Assembly (NCBI GenBank): GCA_964035545.1
Contig: OZ037766.1
Location: 5,508,722 to 5,572,721 of the forward strand
Origin: Bugula neritina
Taxonomy: Eukaryota; Animalia; Bryozoa
Length of the DNA stretch: 64,000 bases
Direction: 5' to 3'
How positions within the stretch are numbered: position 1 is the first letter of the stretch; each line of letters opens with the position of its first letter. The notes under the pieces were generated by a model. The model was not told the origin of the DNA and made no database searches. It saw nothing but the letters and a program-made list of their open reading frames with translations. Made by a program: the position numbers and the translations under genes. Below, piece after piece: positions 11,901-26,603 of this stretch.

Positions 11901-14900
11901 GTCACAGGTGTCCCACATGTGACTTCTGTAAAATGAGACACCTGTGATATGTGTCACATATGTCATCCATGTCACAGGTATCACGGGCATCACACATGTG
12001 GGTCATTTTACTTGATTTAGTGCACCCTATACAATATATCTTATTTCTCCATCACGGTCCCCACATACCAATTCACTAAAAAATTAGGAAAAACATAGAA
12101 AATCAAGCAGAAATTCTTTGATTATTCAGCTGTAGTTAATATTTTTTAGTTTAAGGCAACAAACTATACAAATTAGCAGCTAAACTGTGAAAAATAGCTA
12201 GAAACTAGATATATATAGTGTGTAGTAAAGTGTCCCATGTAAGACTTGTGTATCATATGTGACGCAGTTCACACATGTCACATGAGTCATACCTGTCACA
12301 GGTATCAAAGCTTAGAAATTCTGTATCGTGCGTACTAACTGAGATATAAGCTACTACTGGCACCAGATGTATGAAATGCAGTCAACCAATAACTTCCCAG
12401 CAACAAAAAATTCTGCATATAATTTGGTTTTATTTTCGACATATCTACACACAGACTCTCTAAGGTTAATTTACCAAATGTGATGCAATACTAGACTGGC
12501 ACTAGGAGATGATGTCATAACATGATGGAAATGGTTGTTGAAACCATCCACTACATTCTGCAAGGTAATATAGTAGGTAGTGCAGTAGGTAATTCAGTAG
12601 GTATTATAGTACGTATTGTAGTAGATATTACAGTAGGTATTGTAGTAGGTAATACAGTAGGTATTGTAGTAAGTTTTATAGTAATTATTTCAGTAGGTAT
12701 TGTAATAGGTAATACAGTAGGTGATAAGGTAGGTATTGTAGTAGGTGATATGGTAGGTATTATAGTATGTAATATCGTAGGTATTGATATACACACTTTC
12801 TTTATAGATGCGCTTCATCTCCTCAGGCAAGCCGGCTAGTGTAGCGTGAACAAACTCATTCGTCCAGTAATACTTCTTGAGCATTTCAGCTAACAGCGCG
12901 TCTTTTGCTCTCATCTGAGAAGTTTGGAGTAAGTTCAGAGGTTTTCCTTTAGCAAATATATTGACCTTACACCATCCTTTCAGCAGCTTCTCTATGCTAT
13001 CCAACACAGACTTATGGCTGCCATCACTCCTTGTTATCAGACCCTGGAGACCTAGTAGTTAGACATAACGTATGGGAACCGGCAGCGTCAGCAGAACAAT
13101 AAGATGGTGAGACCATCAAACAAACGGTGTGAGCGGCTGAACTTAAAATAGAAACTAGTTATTATTAATAATATAATATAACATAACAGTATTAGACTAA
13201 CCAATAGCCATGTAGTGATGAAGATAGTGAACCATGAGATGCTTGAAATAATAATATCGTACAACTTCAACGAATATGCAAATTATAATATTGATAAAGA
13301 GTTGATTATGAATACACTCGATAACCTCCCCAAAGGCAAACAATGCCAGTAATAGGTAACTTTGTTTATTGGATTCAGCTCTTACTGCAGCTTTGCAGAG
13401 CATAAACATCTGTAATGTCATTGCTACAAACCTGGGCAGAACTTCTTATACCAGTGCATGATTTCCTTGTAGCCAGGTGGATGCTCAGCCTCTAAGTACT
13501 GCTCCGCTGTTAGTCCATGCCTGTTAGTGATGGAGACATCAATGCCGTATCTATAAGAGGAGTAGAGAGAATATTGATTGATGTTATGATGGCATATCAC
13601 GCCTAGACAGAATTATTACACTGAGTCCCCATGCAAGTAATTGACAAGCCTCTAAGGAAAAGTTGAACCTAAAGCTATTATATATTCTTTCGAAAAGGTG
13701 GTGGATTTTTTCAATGCTCCATTGCTTAGTTATTTACAAACTATTTACTCACTCTACAGAGTATACAAATGGATAGTCAATATGATATTAAACTAACAGA
13801 ATCTGATATCACATGACTGGTTTCAAATTAGGTCTTTTGACCTAGATAATCTGCAGAAAATTCTAGAACTTGTAAAGAATGCAAATCTACTTTGCAGATG
13901 GCAACTTTAAACTTTTATAGTTCGAGAGCTTGTAAAACTTTCACCACCAAAGAAGTTAAGATTCTTAATTGAATATTTCCAGTAACAGTTGTAAAAGTAA
14001 GACAAGTGTTTATTTATTGACCTAGTCACCACAACACTTGCAACAATTACATTAATGGAATATTTATAATGATAATCACAAAATAAATTGTTTATTTATC
14101 ACAACTGGAGGTAGAAACTAACTATTGCTTTCTTCAGCATGTATGAAAGCAATAGCACTGTATGAAACTGAAAATACTTATCAAATACTACTTGATGGGC
14201 TCCTAGACTAGAGCACTGAAATCTAACCAACATGTTGACAAACATTAACTCTAGAAACTAGCCGAATTCTCAACATCTGACTTAAACAGGGGCCCACCTT
14301 AGGAGAGCCACAACGATTTTATAGGCACCGGGTTTCCTCATAAGTCTATGCAAAGCAGTTTCACTCTCTTCCTTGTCCTGAGCAGAAACATCTATACCGA
14401 CATAGCAAAGCATGTAGACCCCAGGTAAAGCCCTAGAATCACAAAACTTCTCATAGTTGTCTGCGATCAAGTGTAGATATGTCATACCTGCAGCAAGTAC
14501 AACAGAAACTTAGGCTATTACAAAATGCACAATGGACAATACATGATATAAGATTACAGAAGAGACGTAGCAAATCTATAGAGTTAAGTATTGAATAAAT
14601 CTACTAAAAGTAAATCACTGAGTTGACTACGGAGTGATTTGAGTAAATGACTGAAGCAATGGCTGAGTTAATTACTGAGTCAAAATTCCATTAAGGTTCA
14701 GTAATAAGAAATTTCATTAGTAACCTAAATTCATTAATTGTCGTTGAATTTTCTTTAAAATGTTAAAAATCTCAAGAGAATAAAAATTCTTGTAAAACAA
14801 TTCTCATTTAGAACATGGGCTTAATTCCAAATTACCTGCATCTACCTCCAAAGTTGGTCAACTAACTAAACAATTGACTTGAATACTGAGTAAATGAATG

Positions 14901-15148
14901 ATATAAGAAGTGCGGCTTACAACTGTAAAAGAGAAGCTAGCCTGTAGTAACATCAACTTACCAGTGTCAGGGCAGACCATGTGAACATTTTCATAGTTGG
15001 AAAACACAGCTTCTCTCATGGCAGCTGCAACTTTCTCCACGGGATACTGTGTAATTATCTGATAGATTGACGAGTTCTCAAAACTACCAGAAGAAGTTTG
15101 GGGGTGAAGTGAGTCGTACCCCATCGATCTTTTCTTTCCCACAACCAT
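5955..15148 (-). CDS. multi-ankyrin-repeat protein
   Basis: About 14 exons (approx. 14962-15148, 14299-14488, 13426-13550, 12797-13051, 12475-12558, 11664-11870, 11151-11393, 10230-10418, 9824-9930, 9085-9187, 8477-8581, 7786-7929, 6794-6958, 5955-6254). Ankyrin-type motifs: GMTYLHLIA, QDKESETALHRL, RDRNALTARELA, DGRTLVMLA, CGRSILLIA, NMLTCLHYA, LGNSILFDVI. Confidence 0.8.
7015..7757. repeat. intronic minisatellite (agagtatagttacagtgact-type) with a ~336-bp higher-order duplication
   Basis: The unit is visible throughout; the variant block gtcacagtgactgtgtgtaataactagagtattg recurs at 7081 and 7417. Confidence 0.9.
8217..8480 (-). repeat. 27/24-bp minisatellite, ten units, each carrying a GTAAGT donor
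   Basis: Minus-strand unit gtaagtgtgtacgtcatagtatgtact; the first unit is the donor of ankyrin exon 8477-8581. Confidence 0.92.
9186..9243 (-). repeat. 19-bp triplication of a splice acceptor
   Basis: acctgcgtaaacacaatgt at 9186, 9205 and 9224 (third copy partial); the minus strand reads gtttacgcag|gt three times. Confidence 0.85.
10435..10765. repeat. 20-bp minisatellite (cagtatatacatcagtataa) ending in an inverted unit
   Basis: Direct units 10435-10735, then tatactgttatactgata (reverse complement) at ~10748-10765. Confidence 0.88.
11996..12220 (+). mobile_element. MITE family A, partial copy
   Basis: Starts with gggtcattttacttgatttag and shares gcagctaaa.tgt.aaaaatagc with the copy at 19984-20379. 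Confidence 0.6.
12565..12790. repeat. 12-bp degenerate minisatellite (gtaggtattgta) filling an intron
   Basis: Periodic gtaggt every 12 nt; explains ORFs 12522-12839 and 12551-12796. Confidence 0.85.
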
Positions 15149-17149
15149 TATTGAGCCGATTTGAAAAAACCAGGCCAAGTAAATTTTTTTTTGACTGCAA
15201 CAAATAATGGGAAAAAAATGTAATAAAAGATGAATAAACTTCTACTGTCTTTAGTAAACATAGTCAGCTGAGCTGCTAGACATCAGGTTGAAAAATTACT
15301 TTTATCTAAACAATTATAAAGCCAAAAATGGTTCCCAACCTTTTTTCAATTTATATACAGAGTGTGACCATTGTACAGCACTACAGATAATTTATACTAA
15401 TTTATTTAATAATTACATGGTGCATTATTTTTAGTTATTGGTTGATTAATGAGTTCTTAACAACTGTAAGCTGCATGACTTGTAAATATGAAGATATTCC
15501 ATGGCTACGTGTGTTGTCAATGTGTTTCACATCTACTTGACTAACACCAGATTGGCTTTTATTAGCACCAATTGGATCCCAGCAGGTCAAAAAACATACA
15601 ACTGCCGGTTTTCACATCTAGTATGAAATACTTAGATGAGTAATAATAAAAAAACTATCTGCATTTAGAACAGAGAATAATACATTAATATTTAATGTTA
15701 TCACAGCCACAGCTGCTGAGTTTAATAATCATTAGCCACACCTTGCGGATTTACAATATTGTCCTGTTATTACATTTTACGCACAGGACCACGGCGGTGA
15801 AAGGTGACCAAAGGTGACCATTACATTTTACTTGCAAATAAAGCACAACTTTTAGTATATATAGAAAAGCAAAATTAACAGATACAACATAAAAAATTTT
15901 TTAATAATGACATGTGATGCCACCCATTGTGTGAACAAATCAACATAAGAGAAACACCAGAAAAGACATGCTACATAATTCATAAATTACCTTTCAGTTT
16001 GATATAAATAGAACTAGCTGACAGGTTTGCATTTCAAAAGAGATATAACTTAAACAAATTTTCATTTCACCAATACTTTCAGCAGACAACAATATACAAC
16101 TCAGTTTATCTCAGTAAGCACAATATTGGACCCCTGATGGCTTAAGTTTAACAATACAGGGTTTCTGCTTTCTAGCTGTAGTCAAGTTTAAAGGCCATGA
16201 CAGGCAGGTTAATACTATACTAGTCATCTGCGCATATTATGATACTATAGCATTATAATGCACTATAAATAGCTTAAAATTTCTAAACTTATGTAATTTT
16301 TAACCTGCTATTGATGTAGAATTTGATGTAGCATTTTAAAGTATGTCTACCATTGATATTATTTCTATATGGTAGAACTTTGTAACTACCAGAGTTTATT
16401 ATCAACCAGTAGAAAAAGACAAAAGTGTTTTAGATTCATTTTAATAAAACCGATAAAACTTTTAATTGGAAAAACTGACCATTGATGTTAGCAAAAATTT
16501 TTAGTAGAATTTATTTGTATTGAACATTTGAAACTATGGAAAAAATCGGATCACTCTCAACCGTGGCTAGATAGTAGATACTAGATACATACAATATTGT
16601 GCATGTATGCATAGCATATATGATTTCTGTTGATTATATTTCTTTTTTAGATTAAAATAAGTTAGTGTAGAATAAAAAGAGTATGCGTTGTGGTTAAAAA
16701 GTAGAAATTTCTCGCACAAGTTAGCGTGGTGCTAGTAATCATCCTCGCAAAAATGTAAGTGAAGTATTGTAATAACTCCTAAGTGAAAGCAAGTAAATGT
16801 TTATCAAATTTGAATCGGTCACAGTCACACTGTCTCAGTCACACTTACTGTAAGTCTGACTGTTACGAATTGCTCAACTGCAGGCTAAAAATAACCTAAG
16901 AATGTGATATTTAATTTTCCTTTCGACAAAGTTGAAGCTGTATAGTATAATTATAACAACAAGTATATAATAAAATAAATAATTATACCAGTAACAATAA
17001 CTTATAGTTATTGTGTGAATTACTAAAACTTATGCAATACAAATCTATAATCATAATGACTATGGTGTGCCAAAAACTTTTCCCCACATTAACATTTCAT
17101 ACACTACAACCCTTACTGTAACTGGGTACTGTTACACATGAATATTATA

Positions 17150-18020
17150 CTATAACTTTTAGATATTGCTAATTACTAATTGCTATTACTATCAATATTT
17201 ATATTATTATTATTACGCACAGTGACAGTGCCAGCCGACGCAGATGTGCCGAATTGGCAACTGCAGTCATTGTTATCAGTGTAGTGTTCGTGTTACGACT
17301 TGTGAATTACTGTCGATGTTAGACTTGGTCGTGACAGTGATACTCATATTGATAATTTGATTGTCATTGTCATTGTAACTCAGTCTCCTAAGTCAGAACT
17401 CATGAGTCATGACCGACACTCGCAACTCAAGCGGCACGCCTACAGTGTGGGTGAATTCACAGTCATCACAATTACTGGTTATACTCCAAGGCAAAATCAA
17501 CGTGAAAGTTATTGTTAAACTTCAATTTAAAGCCTAAAGTTAATAATAATATTTATATTAATTATTAATATTATTTATTATTAATACTAACATTATTAAT
17601 ATTATGCTATTACATTTAGTTTTACTATAACCTATGGCTATAACTATAAGACTATTATAAGTATACCGTATACGTATAATAATAATATTAATAGTATTTA
17701 TATTGATAGTAAACTTCAAGATCGCACTGGTAGTGACAATCACTATCAGTATCACAATCCCAATCTGAAAGTGAATCACTAGCACTATCACTCTATCAGT
17801 ATCACATTCAGTTTCACTATGAGTTTGACACTGACTATCAGTATGAGTATCACTATTACTAATAGTAATAGTAATTACTAAGTATTAGTAATTACTAAGT
17901 ATCACTATTACTAATACTAATAGTATTAGTATTACTATTAGTATCAGTATCAGTATGACTATCACTATCAGCATCACTACAGTATCAGTGTTACGCCTAC
18001 TCATACTGATACTGCGGGTG
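17150..18020. repeat. low-complexity, ~6-nt periodic sequence in the divergent intergenic region
   Basis: Runs of cagtat/cactat/gagtat/tactat, clearest at 17720-17990. Confidence 0.7.
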
Positions 18021-18527
18021 TCTTAGGCTTAGTTATTGCGACAAACTATTCTATGAGATAATCATTGTAAATACTTGAATATAATATAAATAACATTCAT
18101 AATAGTATTTGTAATCACGACGGTCATAGTACGAGGTTAAGCACTAGTAGTTATAGTCATTAATTGCGTAACAAAAATATTTCCTGTAGTACTAGTCGTA
18201 CTCGAGTCGTGTTAACGGCTTGGCTTCATTCGTTCGACACTTATCGACTCTTCCGCTATAGTTGCAGATCAAGTTTTTCTAACGATAACTTTACGTATTT
18301 GATAGCGCTTAATCTGAATCGCGCGATGTATGCACGAATATTATTAGAGCCGCACAAAAAGTATAAGCTAAGCCTGAGAACCTTCCATGTTAATCCCGAT
18401 AAAATTGTTGTTGTCGCATCGAGAAATACAGCCAATTGTATGCAAGAAATTAGGTGTTTCCGATTAGTAAAAATGGTGTAATTTTTGTTCATTTTCAACT
18501 CTAGATCACACTGATTCAATTATCAAT

Positions 18528-20983
18528 ATGAGTAAGCATTCAGGAGAAAAATTGGAAGAACTACATTTCCCATATTGTCGAGATGTTGCTCGTTATGAAA
18601 GAGATATTAAAGTTGGACAAGGTACATTTGGGGAAGTGTTTAAAGCGCGGTGCAAGGAGACTGGGCGACTTGTAGCTTTGAAAAAAATTCTGATGGACAA
18701 TGAGCGTGAAGGTTTCCCCATAACAGCTCTTAGAGAAATTCGTATTTTACAGTTGCTGAAAGATGAAAACGTTGTTAACTTGATTGAAATATGCAGAACA
18801 AAAGCTAGTGCTTGCAATCGGTATAAAAGTATGTTCTTCTTAGTATTCGAGTTCTGTGAGCATGATTTGGCTGGTCTTCTTACAAACCCACAGGTTAAAT
18901 TTGGCCTTGTCGAACAAAAAGAAACCATGAGGCAACTTTGCTGTGGTCTCTTCTTTATTCATCGTAATAAAATTTTACATCGAGATATGAAAGCAGCAAA
19001 TATATTAATAACCAAGAAAGGAATTCTCAAGTTGGCTGATTTTGGTTTGTCGAGAGCATACTATTCTGCAACGACTAATCCCAGGTAGGCGTCAATCTAA
19101 AACACTAAAAATATCAGTATTACTATTAGGTTTAGCAAACATAAAATAAAATTGCATCAAAGTCCAAATTCAATCTCATCCATAGATATATTTAAAAACG
19201 ATTATTAGTACTAGTAGTAGTAGTAGTAGTAGTACTAGTAGTACTAGTTGTACTAGTTGTACAGTGATAGGGTAATCAGTAGTGATCAGGACAGCTCTGT
19301 ACACAGGACCGACATTTCAGAGTTTTTTGCCAATTTTGCTGATCTAACATATTAACTTTTAAGTAATATATTTTCATCATCATCAAGTAGTTCATTTAGT
19401 TAGTAAATGTAAGTGCTCTCATTATGATTATCATATAATTGTTTTCAAGTACCTGTGCAGGCTTGAGTTGTTCAACTATTAGTGCTGGGTTGCAAGAATT
19501 TTCACATTTGCAAACAAATAATTTTCAATCGTAAATAGGGCAGGAAATGTTGTCAACTTCAAGAGTGATATGGGTAATGCATGTAAAAAGTGGTTCTAAA
19601 CCTCCCAAGTATATTACTTAAGCACTTTTTTGTCATTGTTTCATACTTTCTGACATTCTAATGTTTTAATACAGAGGAATAGTTTTTCCCCATTACATGC
19701 TAAAAAGCCCAAATCTAGTTTCTAGATTGATCAGTTGAGGAATTCAGTTGACTCTTTCAGATATACTAATAGAGTAGTAACACTGTGGTACAGACCTCCT
19801 GAGTTACTGCTAGGCTCTAGGTCATATGGACCACCTATAGACATGTGGGGGGCCGGCTGTATAATGGCTGAGCTCTGGACCAGAATACCCATAATGCAGG
19901 TTGGTAGTTCAAAATGGCTGCATTTGAATTCGCTACTTTAGTGGAAATGTTTAAAATCTCTGTGTGAAACAGCAGTGAATAGATATGGGTCATTTTACTT
20001 TATTTAAGGCTAAAAATTAAAGTTCAATTAAAGGTCATGAAAATTTACTTTATTGGGTAATTTTATGTGCTGATTCTTAACAAGTATAGCAGAACAAGGC
20101 TGGAAAGGGGTCCTGCAACATTGCAGCACAACGGCATTGTCATATTAGTTAACTATACTGCTTACAGAATGGGATGAAAAAATCATTACAAAAATCTATG
20201 TTTTTCTGCTAAAAAAATCAAACAAATTTAGAGAAAAAACCTTGATTGTTGGTATTTGTTAATATTTGATTAGTTTAGACTTTAGAACTAAAAATCATAT
20301 ACCTCAGCAGCTAAATTGTAAAAAATAGCCAAGACTATAGATATAGAGTGCAAACTAAATCAAGTAAAATGACCCGCATTTATTGGGAATAATTTAGATT
20401 TGCTGGAAGCAGAGACTTACTATTGCTTGGTTTAGTTGTTTGTTTTTTGTTACCGTAGTGTGTAATCAGGCTGTGTACCACTTATAAAGTTTATTTATTC
20501 TTAGTCTGTGATGTATGCTGTTCACAGGGAGATTCTGAAAACAAACAACTGATGCTCATTACTCAACTCTGTGGATCCATCAACAACGAGGTCTGGCCTA
20601 ATGTCGACCAGCTAGAGCTTTACAAAAAAATTGAATTGCCAAAAGAAAGTAAAAGGCGGGTAAAAGAACGACTAAAGCCGTACGTTCCAAGCGCCAGTGG
20701 CCTTAATCTACTCGATCGATTACTGACTCTGAATCCAGCCAAACGCATTACTGCTGACGAGGCGCTAGATCACGGCTTCTTCTGGGAGGATCCCATGCCG
20801 AATAAAGACGCGTTTGCCAAGATGCTGTCTTCTCTTCCAAGTAGTAACTTTGAGTTCCTTAGCAACAGACGGTCCCACCAGGGACACCCCCATCATCATA
20901 AACAGAGTTCACAGGCTGCGCCTCACGCTAGTGGCGCTCCAACACAACAGAAACCTGGTCAACAGTTTGACAGAGTGTTTTAG
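18528..20983 (+). CDS. CDK9: cyclin-dependent kinase 9, copy a (ancestral-like)
   Basis: Exons 18528-19084, 19761-19899, 20528-20983. Motifs [46 protein letters not shown] and C-terminal FDRVF. Confidence 0.97.
19984..20379. mobile_element. MITE family A (~395 bp) in CDK9a intron 2
   Basis: Terminal inverted repeats atgggtcattttactttattta ... taaatcaagtaaaatgacccgcat; related copy at ~11996. Confidence 0.7.
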
Positions 20984-21296
20984 TATGAGACTACTTGATA
21001 CATAATGATAACAGCTCAGCTATTGTAATATTTACACCATTTTTTGAATATGCATTGCAGAAGAATACATCTATTGATTTGTATTTATATGTGCCATGAT
21101 GGGTTGCTAATGTTTTTATAGCAAAAATAAACTAATTCATACAAACTAATGGTGTTTGTTAATCACTTGTTCTATATTTGGAATATTATTTGCAAACATT
21201 CTTATCTTCTACCTTTTTAAGTGCATGTTGCACCATGCCACCATTCTCACTAGTTGACTGTTGTATACATGTACATAGAGTCAGAGATTTGCAGCT

Positions 21297-21516
21297 ATGT
21301 TTCACAGAGGTATGTAAACTGCTATAGTACAATAATTCATTAGTCTAGCCTTTAGCAAATGGTTGCAGTGATCAACAGTATGAAACTCAAAAATGCACAG
21401 ATTTTATTCAAACTTATTTTGTAGTCCTGAGTTGATTCATAGTTGAATTCTTTTTAGATTGGAAGAGCTTTCTTTGCTTGTTCCGCTTATTCCTTTCTGT
21501 CACATATTTGAAACAG
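21297..21516 (+). pseudogene. orphan duplicate of exons 1-2 (signal peptide) of the CAP gene
   Basis: ATGTTTCACAGAG|gtatgt (21297-21309) and ag|ATTGG...AAACAG|gtaag (21458-21516) encode MFHRDWKSFLCLFRLFLSVTYLKQ, paralogous to 26604-26616 and 26765-26823. No exon 3 follows. Confidence 0.8.
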
Positions 21517-21810
21517 GTAAGAAATTTAGACCAAGTTATTTACATCTATATAGCCGTGTATTTAGCAGAGCACTTTGTTGATGGACTATAATCAGATGTA
21601 TTGATGAAGTAAACTAACAACATGTTAATTTCAAAACATATCATTCATATAACTTATAGTAGCAACTAATTACACATATTATAATTCAAAAAAGTTACTC
21701 TTGCTTCTAGTTTCCTTAGTTACATTTCTAATTTAGAACACAGACTTTTCTCAATTTCTCAATAATCCGATTGGAGTGTTGTATGCACGAATAATAGAAC
21801 CGCACATAAT

Positions 21811-23766
<1,956 letters not shown>

Positions 23767-23941
23767 CACATAATGTATGAGCTAAGCCTGAGAACCTTTC
23801 ATTTAAGTTCCCATAATATTATTGGCATCGCATCGAGAAATACAAGCGATTGTATGCAAGAAATTAGGTGTTTCCGATTAGTAAAAATGGTGTAATTTTT
23901 GTTCATTTTCCACTCTAGATCACATTCATTCAATTATCAAC

Positions 23942-26277
23942 ATGACTCAGCATTCAGGAGAAAAATTGGAAGAAATACATTTCCCATATTGTCAAGATGT
24001 TGCTCGTTATAAAATAGATTTTAAGGTTGGACAAGGTACATTTGGGGAAGTGTTTAAAGCGCGGTGCAGGGAGACTAGGCGGCTTGTCGCTTTGAAAAAA
24101 ATTCTGATGGACAATGAGCGTGAAGGATTCCCCATAACAGCTCTTAGAGAAATTCGTATTTTACAGCTGCTGAAAGATGAAAACGTTGTTAATTTGATTG
24201 AAATATGCAGAACAAAAGCTAGTGCTTGCAATCGGTATAAAAGTATGTTCTTCTTAGTATTCGAGTTCTGTGAGCATGATTTGGCTGGTCTTCTTAGTCT
24301 TACAAACCGGAACCCACAGGTTAGAAAGAGATTTGGCCTTGTCGAAAAAAAGGAAACCATGAGACAACTTTGCTGTGGTCTCTTCTTTATTCATCGCAAT
24401 AAAATTTTACATCGAGATATGAAAGCAGCAAATATATTAATAACCAAGAAAGGAATTCTCAAGTTGGCTGATTTTGGTTTGTCGAGGGCATACTATTCTG
24501 CAACGACCAATCCCAGGTAGGCGTCAATCTAAAACACTATAAGTAACAGGTTTAGCAAACATAAAATAAAATTGCATCAAAGTCCAAACTTAATCTCATC
24601 CATAAGCATATTTAAAACGATTATTAGTACTAGTAGTAATAGTAGCAGTAGTAGTGGTAGTACACTAGTAGTAGTACACTAGTAGTAGTACACTAGTACT
24701 AGTAGTACACTAGTACTAGTAGTAGTACACTAGTAGTACCCTAGTAGTAGTACACTAGTAGTAGTACACTAGTAGTAGTACACTAGTAGTAGTACACTAG
24801 AAGTAGTACACTAGTAGTAGTAGTACACTAGAAGTAGTACACTAGTAGTAGTAGTACACTAGAAGTAGTACACTAGTAGTAGTAGTACACTAGTAGTAGT
24901 ACACTAGTAGTAGTACACTAGTAGTAGTACACTAGGAGTAGTACACTAGTAGTAGTAGTACACTAGTAGTAGTACACTAGTAGTAGTACACTAGAAGTAG
25001 TACACTAGTAGTAGTACACTAGTAGTAGTACACTAGTAGTGTAATCAGTAATGATCAGCACAGCTCTGTACACAGAGTTTCTGCCAATTTTTCTGATCTA
25101 ATATATTAAGTAATATATTTTTTATCATTATTTAGTAGTTCATTTAGCAAATAAATGTAAGTGCTCTCATTATGGTTATCATATAATTGTTTTCAAGTAC
25201 CTGTGAAGGCTTGAGTTGTTAAACTATTAGTGCTGGGTTGCAAGAATTTTCACATTTGCAAACAAATAGTTTTCAATCATAAATAGAGCAGTATATGTTG
25301 TCAAATTTGAGAGTAGTATTGGTAATGCATGTATAAATTGATTCTAAACTTCCCAAGTATATTACTTAAGCACTTTTTTGTCATTGTTTCATACTTTCTG
25401 GCATTGTAATCCTTTTATACAGAGAAATAGTTTTGCACCATTACATGCTAAGAAGCACAGATCTGGCTTCTAGATTGGTCAGTTGAGGAATTCAGTTGAC
25501 TCTTTCAGATATACAAATAGAGTAGTAACACTGTGGTACAGACCTCCTGAGTTACTGCTAGGCTCTAGGTCATATGGACCACCCATAGACATGTGGGGGG
25601 CCGGCTGTATAATGGCTGAGCTCTGGACCGAAAAACCCATAATGCAGGTTGGTAATACGAAATGGCTGCATTTGAATTCTCTACCTTAATTATTTGTATT
25701 TGTTAATATTTGATTAGTTTAGAACAAAAGACCATATACCTCAGCAGCTAAATTGTGAAAAATAGCCAATACTATAGATAAAGTTTATTTATTCTTAGTT
25801 TGTGATTTATGCTGTTCACAGGGAGATTCTGAAAACAAACAGCTGATGCTCATTACTCAACTCTGTGGATCCATCAACAACGAGGTCTGGCCTAATGTCG
25901 ACCAGCTAGAGCTTTACAAAAAAATCGATTTGCCAAAAGAGAGTAAAAGACGGGTAAAAGAACTACTAACGCCAGACGTTCTAAGTGCTAGTGGCTTTAA
26001 TCTACTAGACCGATTACTGACTCTGAATCCAGCCAAACGCATTACTGCTGACGAGGCACTAGATCACAGCTTCTTCTGGGAGGATCCCATGCCGAATAAA
26101 GAAGCGTTTGCCAAAATGCTGTCTTCTCTTCCGAGTAGTAACTTTGAGTTCCTTAGCAACAGACGGTCCCATCAGGGACACCCCCATCATCATAAACAGA
26201 GTTCACAGGCTGCGCCTTACGCTAGTGGCGCTCCAACACAACAGAAACCTGGTCAACAGTTTGACAGAGTGTTTTAG
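23942..26277 (+). CDS. CDK9: cyclin-dependent kinase 9, copy b (derived paralog)
   Basis: Exons 23942-24516, 25509-25647, 25822-26277. All catalytic motifs and splice sites are intact; 6 aa longer than copy a. Confidence 0.93.
24622..25040. repeat. (tagtagtacac)n expansion in CDK9b intron 1
   Basis: 11-14-bp units; the paralogous site in copy a (19205-19262) is only ~60 bp of tag/tac. Confidence 0.92.
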
Positions 26278-26603
26278 TATGAGACTATTTGATGTATAAT
26301 GATAACAGCTCAGCTATTGTAATATTTACACCATTTTTTGAGTATGCATTGCAGAAGGATACATCTATTGATTTGTATTTATATGTGCCATGATGGGTTG
26401 CTAATGTTTTTATAGCAAAAATAAACTAATTCATACAAACCAATGGTGTTTGTTAATCACTTGTTCTATATTTGGAATATTACTTGCAAACATTCTTATC
26501 TTATCTTCTACTTTTTTCAAGTGCATGTTGCACCATGCCACCATTCTCACTAGTTGACTGTTGTATGCATGTACATAGAGTCAGAGCTTTGCAAATTGCA
26601 GCT

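Noticed and set aside
15797-15820. aaaggtgacc direct repeat resembling a nuclear-receptor element
   Set aside because: A single 10-bp duplication with no independent support.
18593-18928. Antisense ORF conserved in both CDK9 copies (also 24007-24360)
   Set aside because: Shadow of the sense coding sequence; conservation follows from the duplication.
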